Source of the DNA: Thermovibrio guaymasensis
GTDB lineage: Bacteria > Aquificota > Aquificia > Desulfurobacteriales > Desulfurobacteriaceae
Direction: 5' to 3'
Length of the DNA: 32,000 bases
Assembly: GCF_003633715.1 (NCBI RefSeq)
Contig: NZ_RBIE01000001.1
Span: forward strand, 931,931-963,930
The notes beneath the pieces are model-generated. The model was not told the origin of the DNA. It ran no database searches and saw nothing but the letters and a program-made list of their open reading frames with translations. The position numbers were made by a program, and so were the translations under genes. Shown here one piece after another: positions 1-8,633 of the stretch (positions within the stretch are counted from its first letter, which is position 1; each line of letters starts with the position of its first letter).

Positions 1-387
1 GTTGCCCTTGAGTGTATCAGGGAGTTTGAAGGAAGGGCAAGAGAAAAGGGAATAGAGATTATCCACAGTCTTAAAGACACCAACGTTCCAGCAGAGCCCA
101 CGCTCTTTAAACAGCTCCTTTTCAACCTAATTGATAACGCAGTGAAGTTTACAAAGAAGGGGAGGATAGAGGTTCAGCTAACCCACGAGTATTTAAAGGT
201 TTCAGATACAGGAATCGGAATAGATGAGGAAATCAAGGAAAGGGTTTTTGAAAAGTTCGTTAAGGGAAAAAGAAGCTCCGGCCAGGGAATAGGCCTCTCA
301 GTAGTAAAGGAGATAGTCAGGTTCCACGGCTGGAAAGTTGATTTTGAGAGCTCCCCAAAAGGAACGACCTTTACAGTTTACTTTTAA
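1..387 (+). CDS. Sensor histidine kinase, C-terminal HATPase_c domain (partial, 5' end outside window)
   Basis: Frame is open from base 1 through the listed ORF. N-box-like NLIDNAVKF, G1 box VSDTGIGID, G2 box GQGIGLSVVKEIV. Confidence 0.93.
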   Translation, partial: VALECIREFEGRAREKGIEIIHSLKDTNVPAEPTLFKQLLFNLIDNAVKFTKKGRIEVQLTHEYLKVSDTGIGIDEEIKERVFEKFVKGKRSSGQGIGLSVVKEIVRFHGWKVDFESSPKGTTFTVYF

Positions 388-1357
388 AGACCAAACCAAT
401 AATCTCAGATAGGAAGTCAAGGAAGTAAAAGAGCTTTAGGAAGTTCTCCTTCGTTCCAAACTTAACTGCAACGCCGTGGCCGATGGCGTGTCTGTTGAGA
501 ACTCCATCTTTATACTCAACAAAGGAGATATGGTTTAAAAAGGAAGGGAGCTCCTCTTGGCCGAAAACGTCCTGAAGGAGGAGTTTAGTAGCGTACTGAA
601 TAGTTACAAACTTCCTGTTCCTCTTCCTTATTAAGGCCTCAACGTCAGCCTCTAGAGTGTTCTCCTTAACGAAAGTATCCCAAATAACGCCTTCACACTG
701 GGGAAAAAGGCCGTAGATTGCAAGCTCAATACAGTTGAGAGAATAGGCTTTCAGTATGTCCTTTAAGATCTTTTCTCTCCTTTTAAAGGGTGGAAGCTTC
801 AGCCACCTCTCAAGCCTCCTTTCTAAAAAGTCAAGAGTTGAAACTTTTAAAATCCAATTTTTAAAGTCCTTTCCCTCAAAGGCATTGAGAATCTCTGAAG
901 GCAAAAGCCACTCCTTCCTGTAGAACTCCCTTAAAAGCTCCTCATCCTTTACTTTCAGCAGGTACTTAGAGGCAGCCTTTAAAAGGAGCTCCTCAAACTC
1001 CTCCCTCCAGTTCTTTAAGTTCTCCTCCCACTTACTCTCTACCTCTTCCCTCTCTTTAAGCTTAAAGGCCTTTCTAAGGGCGTTGTAGATGTTCTTTGAT
1101 CTTGAAGGGAAGAAGTAATCTTCTAGGGAATTTTCCTTCACTATCTCCTTTATCAACTCCCCGTGGTTCAGAGATTTAATCTCTTTCCTCTTTAGAGCTC
1201 CACCTGATAGGAGTTCAAGGAGGCGGAAGAAGAACTCCCTGGAGCTCCCCTCCTTCTCAGCCTCCTTCAAGACCTCAGAACTAACCTTAAGGCTTTTCAA
1301 GGACGTGGGTAGGGAGAACGAAGCAGACGAACTCTCCCCTAAAGACCTCCTCTCCAT
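371..1357 (-). CDS. Uncharacterised alpha-helical protein with C-terminal LNRHAIGHG motif (start uncertain; may begin further downstream than 1357)
   Basis: Long ORF, highly charged and helix-rich. The annotated start overlaps the upstream gene by 71 bp, so the true start may be an internal codon such as the TTG near 1300. Confidence 0.75.
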   Translation of the reverse strand: MERRSLGESSSASFSLPTSLKSLKVSSEVLKEAEKEGSSREFFFRLLELLSGGALKRKEIKSLNHGELIKEIVKENSLEDYFFPSRSKNIYNALRKAFKLKEREEVESKWEENLKNWREEFEELLLKAASKYLLKVKDEELLREFYRKEWLLPSEILNAFEGKDFKNWILKVSTLDFLERRLERWLKLPPFKRREKILKDILKAYSLNCIELAIYGLFPQCEGVIWDTFVKENTLEADVEALIRKRNRKFVTIQYATKLLLQDVFGQEELPSFLNHISFVEYKDGVLNRHAIGHGVAVKFGTKENFLKLFYFLDFLSEIIGLVFKSKL

Positions 1358-1676
1358 CTCTCCTTCCAGTAACTTCTACTACCCTTTTCTTACCTTCTGA
1401 TGAGACCAGTCTACCCTCAAACTCAACAGTCTCTCCAACCTTCACAGGCTTTAAAAACCTAACGGAAGCTCCGCCGAGAACGACGTTAGGGTGGTTAACC
1501 GTAAGCATTGCACAGTAATCGGCAGCGCTAAACAGGAAACCTCCGTGGACGAGGCCCTTTTCATCGGCAGCCATAACAGGAGTTGTTTTTAACTTTACAA
1601 CAGCCCTTCCATCTGAAAGGCAAACAGGCTCTCCGCTTAAACTCCTATCAATCCCAAGGTGAGTCTTAACCTCCAT
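1287..1676 (-). CDS. Hotdog-fold thioesterase family protein
   Basis: HGGFLFSAADYCAM...ASVRFLKPVKVGETVEFEGR pattern typical of PaaI/4HBT-like hotdog proteins. Confidence 0.8.
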   Translation of the reverse strand: MEVKTHLGIDRSLSGEPVCLSDGRAVVKLKTTPVMAADEKGLVHGGFLFSAADYCAMLTVNHPNVVLGGASVRFLKPVKVGETVEFEGRLVSSEGKKRVVEVTGRRDGEEVFRGEFVCFVLPTHVLEKP

Positions 1677-1684
1677 ACTTCCTC

Positions 1685-2278
1685 CTACTTGCAGTTCTTA
1701 ACGCAGTACCTGTAGGGAATTATCTTACCTCCACAAGAAGTAAAACAAGCATCGTACCTCTCCTTACAGCCACAGTCTGAAGGGCAGGAAGAGGATAGTT
1801 CCCTTATAATATCTGAAAGCTGAGGTTTCACCGGCCTTTCAGGAGGGGTGGGCTTAGTTTCACTTAAGGTCTGCAGGGCCTCTTCTAGGTCATCCCTCCT
1901 CTGGCAGGCGTAGTAGTCCTTGCCCTTCTTACACATCCTTTTAAAGTAGAGGTAGTCCTTATAGAGTTTCCTATAACTCCTGTTCCACTCAAGGAGCCTC
2001 CTCTGATAGGAAGAGTAGGCGTTCTGGTAGGCAGAGAGCTCCCTCTTGTAGTTCTTAAGCTCCTCCTTGTAGATATTCTCAGCACTCCTTCTAACTCTAT
2101 CCAAACACTCTTGCCTCTTACCCATACAGGAAAGCTCACAGGACGTTAACTCTTCCTTACACTTACTCAAACACTCCCTATTGTCGGCAGGAGGTTCGTA
2201 CCTGTAGGAAACTGCAAACTCAGGCCCTCCACAGCCTAAGATAAAGGGAAAGAGGAAAATCAGAAGCCTTTTAACCAT
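1685..2278 (-). CDS. Cysteine-rich lipoprotein with central coiled coil
   Basis: ATG at 2278 preceded by AAGGAGG; MVKRLLIFLFPFILGC signal peptide with lipobox. The tracked start at 2476 would overlap prfA and is unlikely. Confidence 0.82.
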   Translation of the reverse strand: MVKRLLIFLFPFILGCGGPEFAVSYRYEPPADNRECLSKCKEELTSCELSCMGKRQECLDRVRRSAENIYKEELKNYKRELSAYQNAYSSYQRRLLEWNRSYRKLYKDYLYFKRMCKKGKDYYACQRRDDLEEALQTLSETKPTPPERPVKPQLSDIIRELSSSCPSDCGCKERYDACFTSCGGKIIPYRYCVKNCK

Positions 2279-2350
2279 GAAGTCCTCCTTAGTTGAAATA
2301 GGAAAAAGATCGGCTAACTTAATTAAAACAAAATCTAATGGGGTAAACAA

Positions 2351-3439
2351 ATGGAAAAGGCAATTGAGAATAGGCTGGAAAAGATTGCCGAGAAGTTTAG
2401 AGAAATAGAGGAAAACCTTGGTAAACCTGAAGTTATTTCGGACCAGAAGAGGTTCCAGGCCCTTGCAAGGGAACACAAGGAACTTCAGCCTATATACGAA
2501 ACTTACATGGAGTACAAGAAAGTTAAAAAGGGAATAGAGGAAGCCTTAGAGATAATAGATACTGCTGAGGATGAGGAGTTCGTTGAACTTGCAAAGGAGG
2601 AGAAGAAGGAGCTTGAAAGCAGAGCTGAAGAGCTTGAATCGGAGTTAAAGAAACTCCTAATCCCGAAAGACCCTAACGATGAGAAGAACGTAATCCTTGA
2701 AATCAGGGCAGGTGCAGGGGGAGAGGAAGCTGCACTCTTTGCCCAGGAGCTCTTTAGAATGTATTCCCGATACGCCGAGAGGAAAGGCTGGAAGGTTGAA
2801 ATCCTCTCGCTCAACGAAACCGGCCTTGGAGGTTTTAAAGAAGTAGTTGCAATGATCTCAGGAAAGGGAGCTTACTCAAGGCTTAAGTACGAGTCAGGAG
2901 TTCACAGGGTCCAGAGGGTTCCCGTTACAGAATCGGGAGGAAGGATCCACACATCAACTGCAACGGTTGCAATCCTCCCAGAGGCTGAAGAGGTTGACGT
3001 TGAGATAAACGAGAAGGACTTAAAGATTGATACCTACCGCTCATCAGGAGCCGGAGGACAGCACGTAAACACAACAGACTCTGCAGTAAGGATTACCCAC
3101 ATACCTACCGGAATAGTAGTTACATGCTCAAATGAACGCTCACAGATACAGAACAGGATAAAGGCAATGAAAATCCTAAGGGCCAGGCTTAAAGAGCTCT
3201 ACGAAAGACAGCAGAAAGAAAAGTTAGACTCTGCAAGGAGGAGTCAAGTAGGAACCGGTGATAGGAGCGAGAAGATCAGAACTTACAACTTCCCAGAGGG
3301 AAGAGTAACGGACCACAGGATTAAACTAACACTGTACAACCTCCAGGAGTTCCTTGACGGAGAACTTGACGAAATGATTGACGCCCTTGCTGCAGCAGAG
3401 CAGGAGAAGAAGATAGAGGCCCTCTCAAAAGAGGGTTAA
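2351..3439 (+). CDS. prfA: Peptide chain release factor 1
   Basis: [24 protein letters not shown] (GGQ motif) and full-length class I RF architecture. Confidence 0.98.
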   Translation: MEKAIENRLEKIAEKFREIEENLGKPEVISDQKRFQALAREHKELQPIYETYMEYKKVKKGIEEALEIIDTAEDEEFVELAKEEKKELESRAEELESELKKLLIPKDPNDEKNVILEIRAGAGGEEAALFAQELFRMYSRYAERKGWKVEILSLNETGLGGFKEVVAMISGKGAYSRLKYESGVHRVQRVPVTESGGRIHTSTATVAILPEAEEVDVEINEKDLKIDTYRSSGAGGQHVNTTDSAVRITHIPTGIVVTCSNERSQIQNRIKAMKILRARLKELYERQQKEKLDSARRSQVGTGDRSEKIRTYNFPEGRVTDHRIKLTLYNLQEFLDGELDEMIDALAAAEQEKKIEALSKEG

Positions 3440-3444
3440 TTAAA

Positions 3445-3475
3445 TTGTTTGAATTATAAAGTTTTTATCTATAAT
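3445..3475 (+). promoter_or_regulatory. Candidate sigma70-type promoter upstream of the radical SAM / hemE pair
   Basis: TATAAT at 3470-3475. The -35 is imperfect: TTGTTT (3445-3450) with 19-nt spacing or TTGAAT (3449-3454) with 15 nt. The following AAGGAG Shine-Dalgarno precedes the ATG at 3507. Confidence 0.45.
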
Positions 3476-3506
3476 ATCCCTTTTAAATTCCTTCAAGGAG
3501 AAATAA

Positions 3507-4637
3507 ATGGCACAGAGAGAGGAGTTCCTTCCAAAGTGGATAGCCTGGGAAATAACGAGGCGCTGTAACTTAAAGTGTATTCACTGCCGCTCTTCCTCAA
3601 CCATAGAGTCTGAGCAGGGAGACTTCTCAACCGAAGACGGAAAGAAGCTCCTTGAAGATATAGCGAAAATCTCAAAGCCGACCATCGTCTTAACTGGAGG
3701 AGAGCCCCTTTTAAGGGAAGATATATGGGAACTTGCCCAGTACGGAACCGACCTTGGATTTAGGATGTGTATAGCTACGAACGGAACTCTCGTTGACGAT
3801 GAAGTCTGTAAAAAGATGAAGGAAGTCGGAATAAAAATGGTCTCCCTCTCCCTTGACGGCTCAACTCCTGAAATTCACGACGACTTCAGGAAACAGCCGG
3901 GAGCCTACGAAGGAGTTATTAAAGCAGCAGAGCTCTTTAACAAGCACGGAATACCCTTTCTAATAAACTCCTCCTTTACAAAGAGGAACGCCCACGACAT
4001 TCCCAACGTATACAAAAAGGCAAGGGAGCTTGGAGCAAAGGCTTGGTACATGTTCATAGTTTTGCCGGTTGGAAGGGGAGAAGAGGCAAACGCAGAGCTC
4101 CTTGATGAGAAGGAAGCTGAATACTGGCTCAACTGGCACTACGAATTAGAGAAAGAACTGATTTTGAAGGGAGACAATACAATCTTAGTCCGCCCGACCT
4201 GTGCCCCCCACTACTACCGAATCTTCTACCAGAACGCAAAGAGGGACGGCCTTGACCTAAAGAGGAGAAACCTCGTTTTTGGAACGGGCGGAGGAAAGGG
4301 CTGTGTTGCAGGACAGTCAATTGCCTACATAGACTGCCACGGTTGGCTCAGACCGTGCAGCTACTTTCCAAATTCCGATATAAACGTCTTTGAAGTCCCC
4401 TTCCACGAGGCCTGGTTTAAGTCAAAAATCATGCAGGACATGAGGAAAGTTGAGGAGTACAAAGGCAGGTGCGGAGTTTGTGAGTACGTAAAAATCTGTA
4501 ACGGCTGTAGGGTAAGGGCCTACTGGAAGTACGGTGACTACATGCAGGAAGACCCAATATGCAACTACATCCCGGTAAAAATGAGGCTCGGTGCAGGAAG
4601 TAAAACAGCAGTTTCCCAAACTAAAAAAGAGGATTAG
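3507..4637 (+). CDS. Radical SAM/SPASM protein, heme-biosynthesis (AhbC/AhbD/NirJ-like) type
   Basis: CNLKCIHC radical SAM motif, [18 protein letters not shown]-terminal SPASM-like cysteines (CxxCxxVxxCNGC); directly upstream of hemE. Confidence 0.85.
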   Translation: MAQREEFLPKWIAWEITRRCNLKCIHCRSSSTIESEQGDFSTEDGKKLLEDIAKISKPTIVLTGGEPLLREDIWELAQYGTDLGFRMCIATNGTLVDDEVCKKMKEVGIKMVSLSLDGSTPEIHDDFRKQPGAYEGVIKAAELFNKHGIPFLINSSFTKRNAHDIPNVYKKARELGAKAWYMFIVLPVGRGEEANAELLDEKEAEYWLNWHYELEKELILKGDNTILVRPTCAPHYYRIFYQNAKRDGLDLKRRNLVFGTGGGKGCVAGQSIAYIDCHGWLRPCSYFPNSDINVFEVPFHEAWFKSKIMQDMRKVEEYKGRCGVCEYVKICNGCRVRAYWKYGDYMQEDPICNYIPVKMRLGAGSKTAVSQTKKED

Positions 4638-4646
4638 GAGAAGGAA

Positions 4647-5693
4647 ATGTCAATTAAAGAGCACCCAATCCTAAAGGCAGCAAGGGGAGAGAAAACTCCT
4701 TACACGCCTATCTGGATTATGAGACAGGCAGGCAGGTACTCCGAAAGGTACAGGAAGATTAGGAAGAAGGCCGGAAGTTTTATGGACCTTTGCAAAAACC
4801 CCAAACTTGCTGCAGAGGTTACCTTAATACCTATTGAGGAAATCGGAGTAGATGCTGCTATCCTCTTTTCAGACATACTCGTTCCCGTTGAGAAGATGGG
4901 AATAGGAGTAAAGTTCGTTGAGGGGAAAGGGCCCATCCTTGAACCTAAGGTTGAGAGCGTAGACGACGTAAAGAAACTAAAAGTTCCAGAACCTGAAAGA
5001 GACCTACCATACGTCCTTGAGACGATAGAGCTAATTAAGGAGAGGTTAACCGATAGGCCCTTGATAGGTTTTTCCGGAGCTCCCTTTACCTTAGCAAGCT
5101 ACATACTAGAAGGGGGGAGCTCTAAGAACTACATAGCCGCAAAGTCAACGATGTGGAACGAACCGAAGCTCTGGGAAAGTTTAATGGACAAACTGGCTCA
5201 GACAGTAACAGAGTATCTCTCTGCACAGATTAGGGCAGGCGTAGACTTGGTTCAAATCTTTGACTCTTGGATGGGAGTCCTTTCAAAGGAGGACTACGAA
5301 AAGTACGCATTTCCTTACACTCAGAGGATAGTTAACGAGCTAAAAAAGAGGCACCCTGAGACTCCGATAATCCACTTCGGAGTAAACGCCCAGCACCTTT
5401 TAGAGGTAAACAACCGCCTAAACGTTGACGTAATCGGCCTTGACTGGAAGATCGAAATCCCCGAAGCCCTCGCAAAAATTGACAAGTCAATTCAAGGAAA
5501 CCTTGACCCGGTAGCCCTCTTTACCGACGAGAAGTTAATTGAGAGTAAAGTAAGGAAAATCCTTGAAGAGGGTCTAAAGGCCAAGGGACACATATTCAAC
5601 CTAGGACACGGCATTTTGCCACCTACAGACCCCAAAAAGGCAAAATACCTAGTTGACACGGTTCACAGAATCAGTAGGGAGCTCAGAAGTTAA
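4647..5693 (+). CDS. hemE: Uroporphyrinogen decarboxylase
   Basis: TPIWIMRQAGRYSERYR, GFSGAPFTLASYILEGGSSKNY, FGVNAQHLL, GHGILPPTDPK. Confidence 0.98.
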   Translation: MSIKEHPILKAARGEKTPYTPIWIMRQAGRYSERYRKIRKKAGSFMDLCKNPKLAAEVTLIPIEEIGVDAAILFSDILVPVEKMGIGVKFVEGKGPILEPKVESVDDVKKLKVPEPERDLPYVLETIELIKERLTDRPLIGFSGAPFTLASYILEGGSSKNYIAAKSTMWNEPKLWESLMDKLAQTVTEYLSAQIRAGVDLVQIFDSWMGVLSKEDYEKYAFPYTQRIVNELKKRHPETPIIHFGVNAQHLLEVNNRLNVDVIGLDWKIEIPEALAKIDKSIQGNLDPVALFTDEKLIESKVRKILEEGLKAKGHIFNLGHGILPPTDPKKAKYLVDTVHRISRELRS

Positions 5694-5694
5694 A

Positions 5695-6588
5695 ATGGAG
5701 AGGAAGGCAAAGTTAATCTTAACGGCTCTCCTCTTTGTGGGAGCCGTTGTTTCCAGCTACTTTGCCGTTGAAACTTATGCAAACTACACTTTAGAGAAGA
5801 AGTTTGCCAACAGGCTCTCAAAACTCCCCCTTTACGCTTCTTACAGGAAGTTCCACTACAACTTATTGAAGAACGACGTTGAGATAGATGACTTAACTTT
5901 TAAAGACAGCAGAACCTATATCTGCGTTGGAAAGCTTTACATAGACTTACCGTTTACAGCTAGGAAGAAGGAGGTTCCGCAGGCCTTCTCAGTTAAAGCT
6001 GAAGACCTTGAGCTCCCTTCCGACTTTCTCGGCTTTAGAGAACTTTTAAGGTTCGTCGGGTACAGAAACCCTTTTGTAACTGTTAACTTTGTCTCAAGTT
6101 ACAGTTTTAAAGGTAACAGCATTGAAGTCTCCTCAACTGCAGTGGCAAGGAGGTTGGGAGGTATAAACCTAGAGCTCAAGCTTGAAGGGATAGATAGAAA
6201 GCTAACTCAGGAATTCCTTGAAGGGAGAATTCCCGTAAGGTACATTGAAGAGAAGGGAGCTCTTAAGGAGTTTAAGCTAACCTATAAGGACTTCGGCCTC
6301 TTCCAGCAGTTCCTCAGCTTCGTTGGCTCACAGGAAGGCCAAAAGCCAGATAAGGTGAAAGAGGAACTAAAGAGAAGTATTGTCCAAGCAATCAGAAGGA
6401 GAGGCGAAATTGCTGAAAGAGTAGGGCTACCACTCCTCCTTTTCGTTGACAACCCTGACTGCTTAAAAGTGGAAGTAAAACCTCCATTTCCGATAAAAAT
6501 TTCTCAGCTGGTAGATATGGCATCTAAGAGGCCAAAAGTGGAGGAGATAATAAAAACCTTAAACTTAAGATTGACAACCTGCAATTAA
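5695..6588 (+). CDS. Uncharacterised membrane-anchored / periplasmic protein
   Basis: ATG at 5695 immediately after the hemE stop (5691-5693). N-terminal TM/signal segment KLILTALLFVGAVVSSYFAV; no recognised domain. Confidence 0.75.
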   Translation: MERKAKLILTALLFVGAVVSSYFAVETYANYTLEKKFANRLSKLPLYASYRKFHYNLLKNDVEIDDLTFKDSRTYICVGKLYIDLPFTARKKEVPQAFSVKAEDLELPSDFLGFRELLRFVGYRNPFVTVNFVSSYSFKGNSIEVSSTAVARRLGGINLELKLEGIDRKLTQEFLEGRIPVRYIEEKGALKEFKLTYKDFGLFQQFLSFVGSQEGQKPDKVKEELKRSIVQAIRRRGEIAERVGLPLLLFVDNPDCLKVEVKPPFPIKISQLVDMASKRPKVEEIIKTLNLRLTTCN

Positions 6589-6911
6589 CCTTTTGAAGAC
6601 TTATACTTCCTAAACCTCTTCTTCATCTCCTCAATTGGAATCGGCCTTGCAACCACACTCTTTGCAGGACAGACATTTTCACAGTGACGGCAACCGCTGC
6701 ATATCTCCGGGAAATCTGGAACAATTTTCCCTTCCTCGTCAATACCCCTAGTCTCACAGAGGTTTAAACACCTCTCACAGTGTTCACACTTACTGTAGTC
6801 AATTGAATCAAGGTAGCTGGGAGTATAGAGAATCCCCCCTAGAGTTAAGTAGGCGTAGTTTCCGTTTTCATCAGAGAGTAAATCCTCTTCCCTTACGTCT
6901 AATTCCTCCAA
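6585..6911 (-). CDS. 4Fe-4S dicluster ferredoxin-type protein
   Basis: CEHCERCLNLC and CSGCRHCENVCP motifs. Confidence 0.88.
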   Translation of the reverse strand: MEELDVREEDLLSDENGNYAYLTLGGILYTPSYLDSIDYSKCEHCERCLNLCETRGIDEEGKIVPDFPEICSGCRHCENVCPAKSVVARPIPIEEMKKRFRKYKSSKG

Positions 6912-6932
6912 ACTGGAGGAACAGTTAACTCC

Positions 6933-7184
6933 TCACAAGAATGCATCTTCGGGACAGACAATCTTGCAGAATCCGTCTCCTATACACAGCTCCAACTTCG
7001 TTATTACTGCAACCTTTTTACCTTCAACCTCTTTAAGCTCTATACAGTTTTGAGGACATACCTCAACACACTCACTACAACCTGTACACTTTTCAATGTT
7101 AATTCCACCGGGATACTGGGGAACAAAGGGTGAACCATCCTGACACAGAATTACCCTTTTCCTCGGCCTCTTAAGTTCGCTCAT
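6933..7184 (-). CDS. Ferredoxin with one CxxCxxCxxxCP and one CxxDxxCxxxCP motif
   Basis: CTGCSECVEVCP and CIGDGFCKIVCP. Confidence 0.88.
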   Translation of the reverse strand: MSELKRPRKRVILCQDGSPFVPQYPGGINIEKCTGCSECVEVCPQNCIELKEVEGKKVAVITKLELCIGDGFCKIVCPEDAFL

Positions 7185-7271
7185 AATCCAACCTTTAGCA
7201 TAAAAAGTAGATTACAGTATAACTAATTTTAATAAATTGCAGAATACAAATATAGCATTGATTATTATCAA

Positions 7272-8633
7272 TTAGAGCTCAATACCAAGTTCCCTTATCT
7301 TCTTCCTCAGAGTGTTCCTATGAATACCGAGAACTTTAGAGGCCTTAACTTGGTTGAAGTTACACCTTCTCAGAACTTCTGTTATTAAGATCCTCTCTGC
7401 ACTTTCAATGACAACTCTATAGAGGTTATTTTCCTCCTTCTGCTCAACAGTAAATACCCTCTGGATGAAGGAGCGAATCGCCTCCTCAAAACTTGGAGCT
7501 CCACCCTCCCTAACAGAACCTTTCAAATCTGAAGCGGTTATGAAGTCTGAAGAGGAGAGGACCATAGCCCTCAAAATCATATTTTCAAGCTCTCTAACGT
7601 TGCCGGGAAAGTGGTAGGCCATCAGGAAATCAACAGCTTCTTCAGAAAGCTCTTTGAGAGGAAGCTTAAACTCGTTAGAAAACTTCCTGATAAAATGGTA
7701 GGCAAGGGGAATAACGTCCTCTTTCCTCTCCCTTAGAGGAGGTATTTCAACCTTAACAACGTTGAGCCTGAAGTAGAGGTCCTCTCTAAACTTCCCCCTC
7801 CTTACTTCCTCTTCAAGGTCCCTGTTGGTTGCAGCAACTACCCTTACATCAACTTTTTTAGTCCTTTCAGAACCTATCCTCCTGATTTCCTTATCCTGTA
7901 GGACCCGAAGGAGCTTTGCCTGAAGCTCTAAAGGAAGTTCCCCAATCTCATCAAGGAAAAGGGTTCCTCCGTCTGCCTGCTCAAAGAGCCCTCTCCTAGA
8001 GGAAAGGGCTCCAGTGAAGGCTCCCTTTTCGTACCCAAAGAGCTCTGCCTCAAGGAGGTTTGGAGGAAGTGCAGCACAGTTAACGGCAACAAAAGGTTTA
8101 TCCTTCCTATCAGAATACCTATGGATAGCTTTTGCAATGACCTCCTTTCCCGTACCGCTCTCTCCAGTTATTAAAACTGTTATTGAGCTCCTTGCAACTT
8201 TGCCCACCAGCTTGAAGATCTCCTGCATCTTTTTGGAGCTCCCAACAACCTCCCCCTCCGAAACGAAAGAGTAATCTTCAACCTTCTCTCTCTTTAAAAA
8301 CTTATCCAGAACCTGAGAAATCTCCTCAAAGGAGAAGGGCTTCGTTATGTACTCAACTGCCCCCCTCTCAATGGCTCTAACCGTATAGTCCACCGTTCCG
8401 TAAGCTGTCAAAATAACAATAGGAACTTCCTTAACCCTCTCCAAAATTTCAAGGCCGGAGAGTTTGGGCATTTTTATATCAACAAAGGCAACGTCAACTT
8501 CACCTTTCTCAAGTATGGAGAGGGCCTCCTGGCCGTTTTCTGCCTCAACAACTTGGTGCCCTTTACTCTGAAGGTACTTCCTTAAAACCAGCCTTATACT
8601 CCTTTCATCGTCAGCAACTAAGATCCTTGCCAT
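7272..8633 (-). CDS. Sigma-54-dependent response regulator, NtrC family
   Basis: Receiver (VDVAFVDIKMPKLSG), Walker A GESGTGKE, GAFTGA loop, Fis-type HTH C-terminus (FNQVKASKVLGIHRNTLRKKI). Confidence 0.96.
   Translation of the reverse strand: MARILVADDERSIRLVLRKYLQSKGHQVVEAENGQEALSILEKGEVDVAFVDIKMPKLSGLEILERVKEVPIVILTAYGTVDYTVRAIERGAVEYITKPFSFEEISQVLDKFLKREKVEDYSFVSEGEVVGSSKKMQEIFKLVGKVARSSITVLITGESGTGKEVIAKAIHRYSDRKDKPFVAVNCAALPPNLLEAELFGYEKGAFTGALSSRRGLFEQADGGTLFLDEIGELPLELQAKLLRVLQDKEIRRIGSERTKKVDVRVVAATNRDLEEEVRRGKFREDLYFRLNVVKVEIPPLRERKEDVIPLAYHFIRKFSNEFKLPLKELSEEAVDFLMAYHFPGNVRELENMILRAMVLSSSDFITASDLKGSVREGGAPSFEEAIRSFIQRVFTVEQKEENNLYRVVIESAERILITEVLRRCNFNQVKASKVLGIHRNTLRKKIRELGIEL

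Noticed and set aside
345-387. AAAGG-AACGA-CCTTT hairpin at the end of the histidine kinase gene
   Set aside because: Five-bp stem with weak T tract; not convincing as a terminator.
1885-2139. Antisense ORFs inside annotated genes (also 2503-2814, 3905-4132, 4129-4320, 8014-8274, 12883-13086, 15724-16068, 16133-16651, 16760-17314, 19156-20227, 26556-28481, 29881-30180, 30633-31016)
   Set aside because: They lie opposite strong conserved genes, have low-complexity Ser/Leu/Pro-rich translations and no recognisable domains; typical shadow ORFs.
2279-2476. N-terminal extension of the lipoprotein ORF
   Set aside because: It crosses the divergent gap into prfA; the ATG at 2278 has a good SD and begins a clean lipoprotein signal peptide.
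7185-7271. AT-rich gap between ferredoxin and ntrC-like genes examined for a sigma-54 or sigma-70 promoter
   Set aside because: TATACT-like hexamer exists, but no partner hexamer at acceptable spacing on the minus strand.
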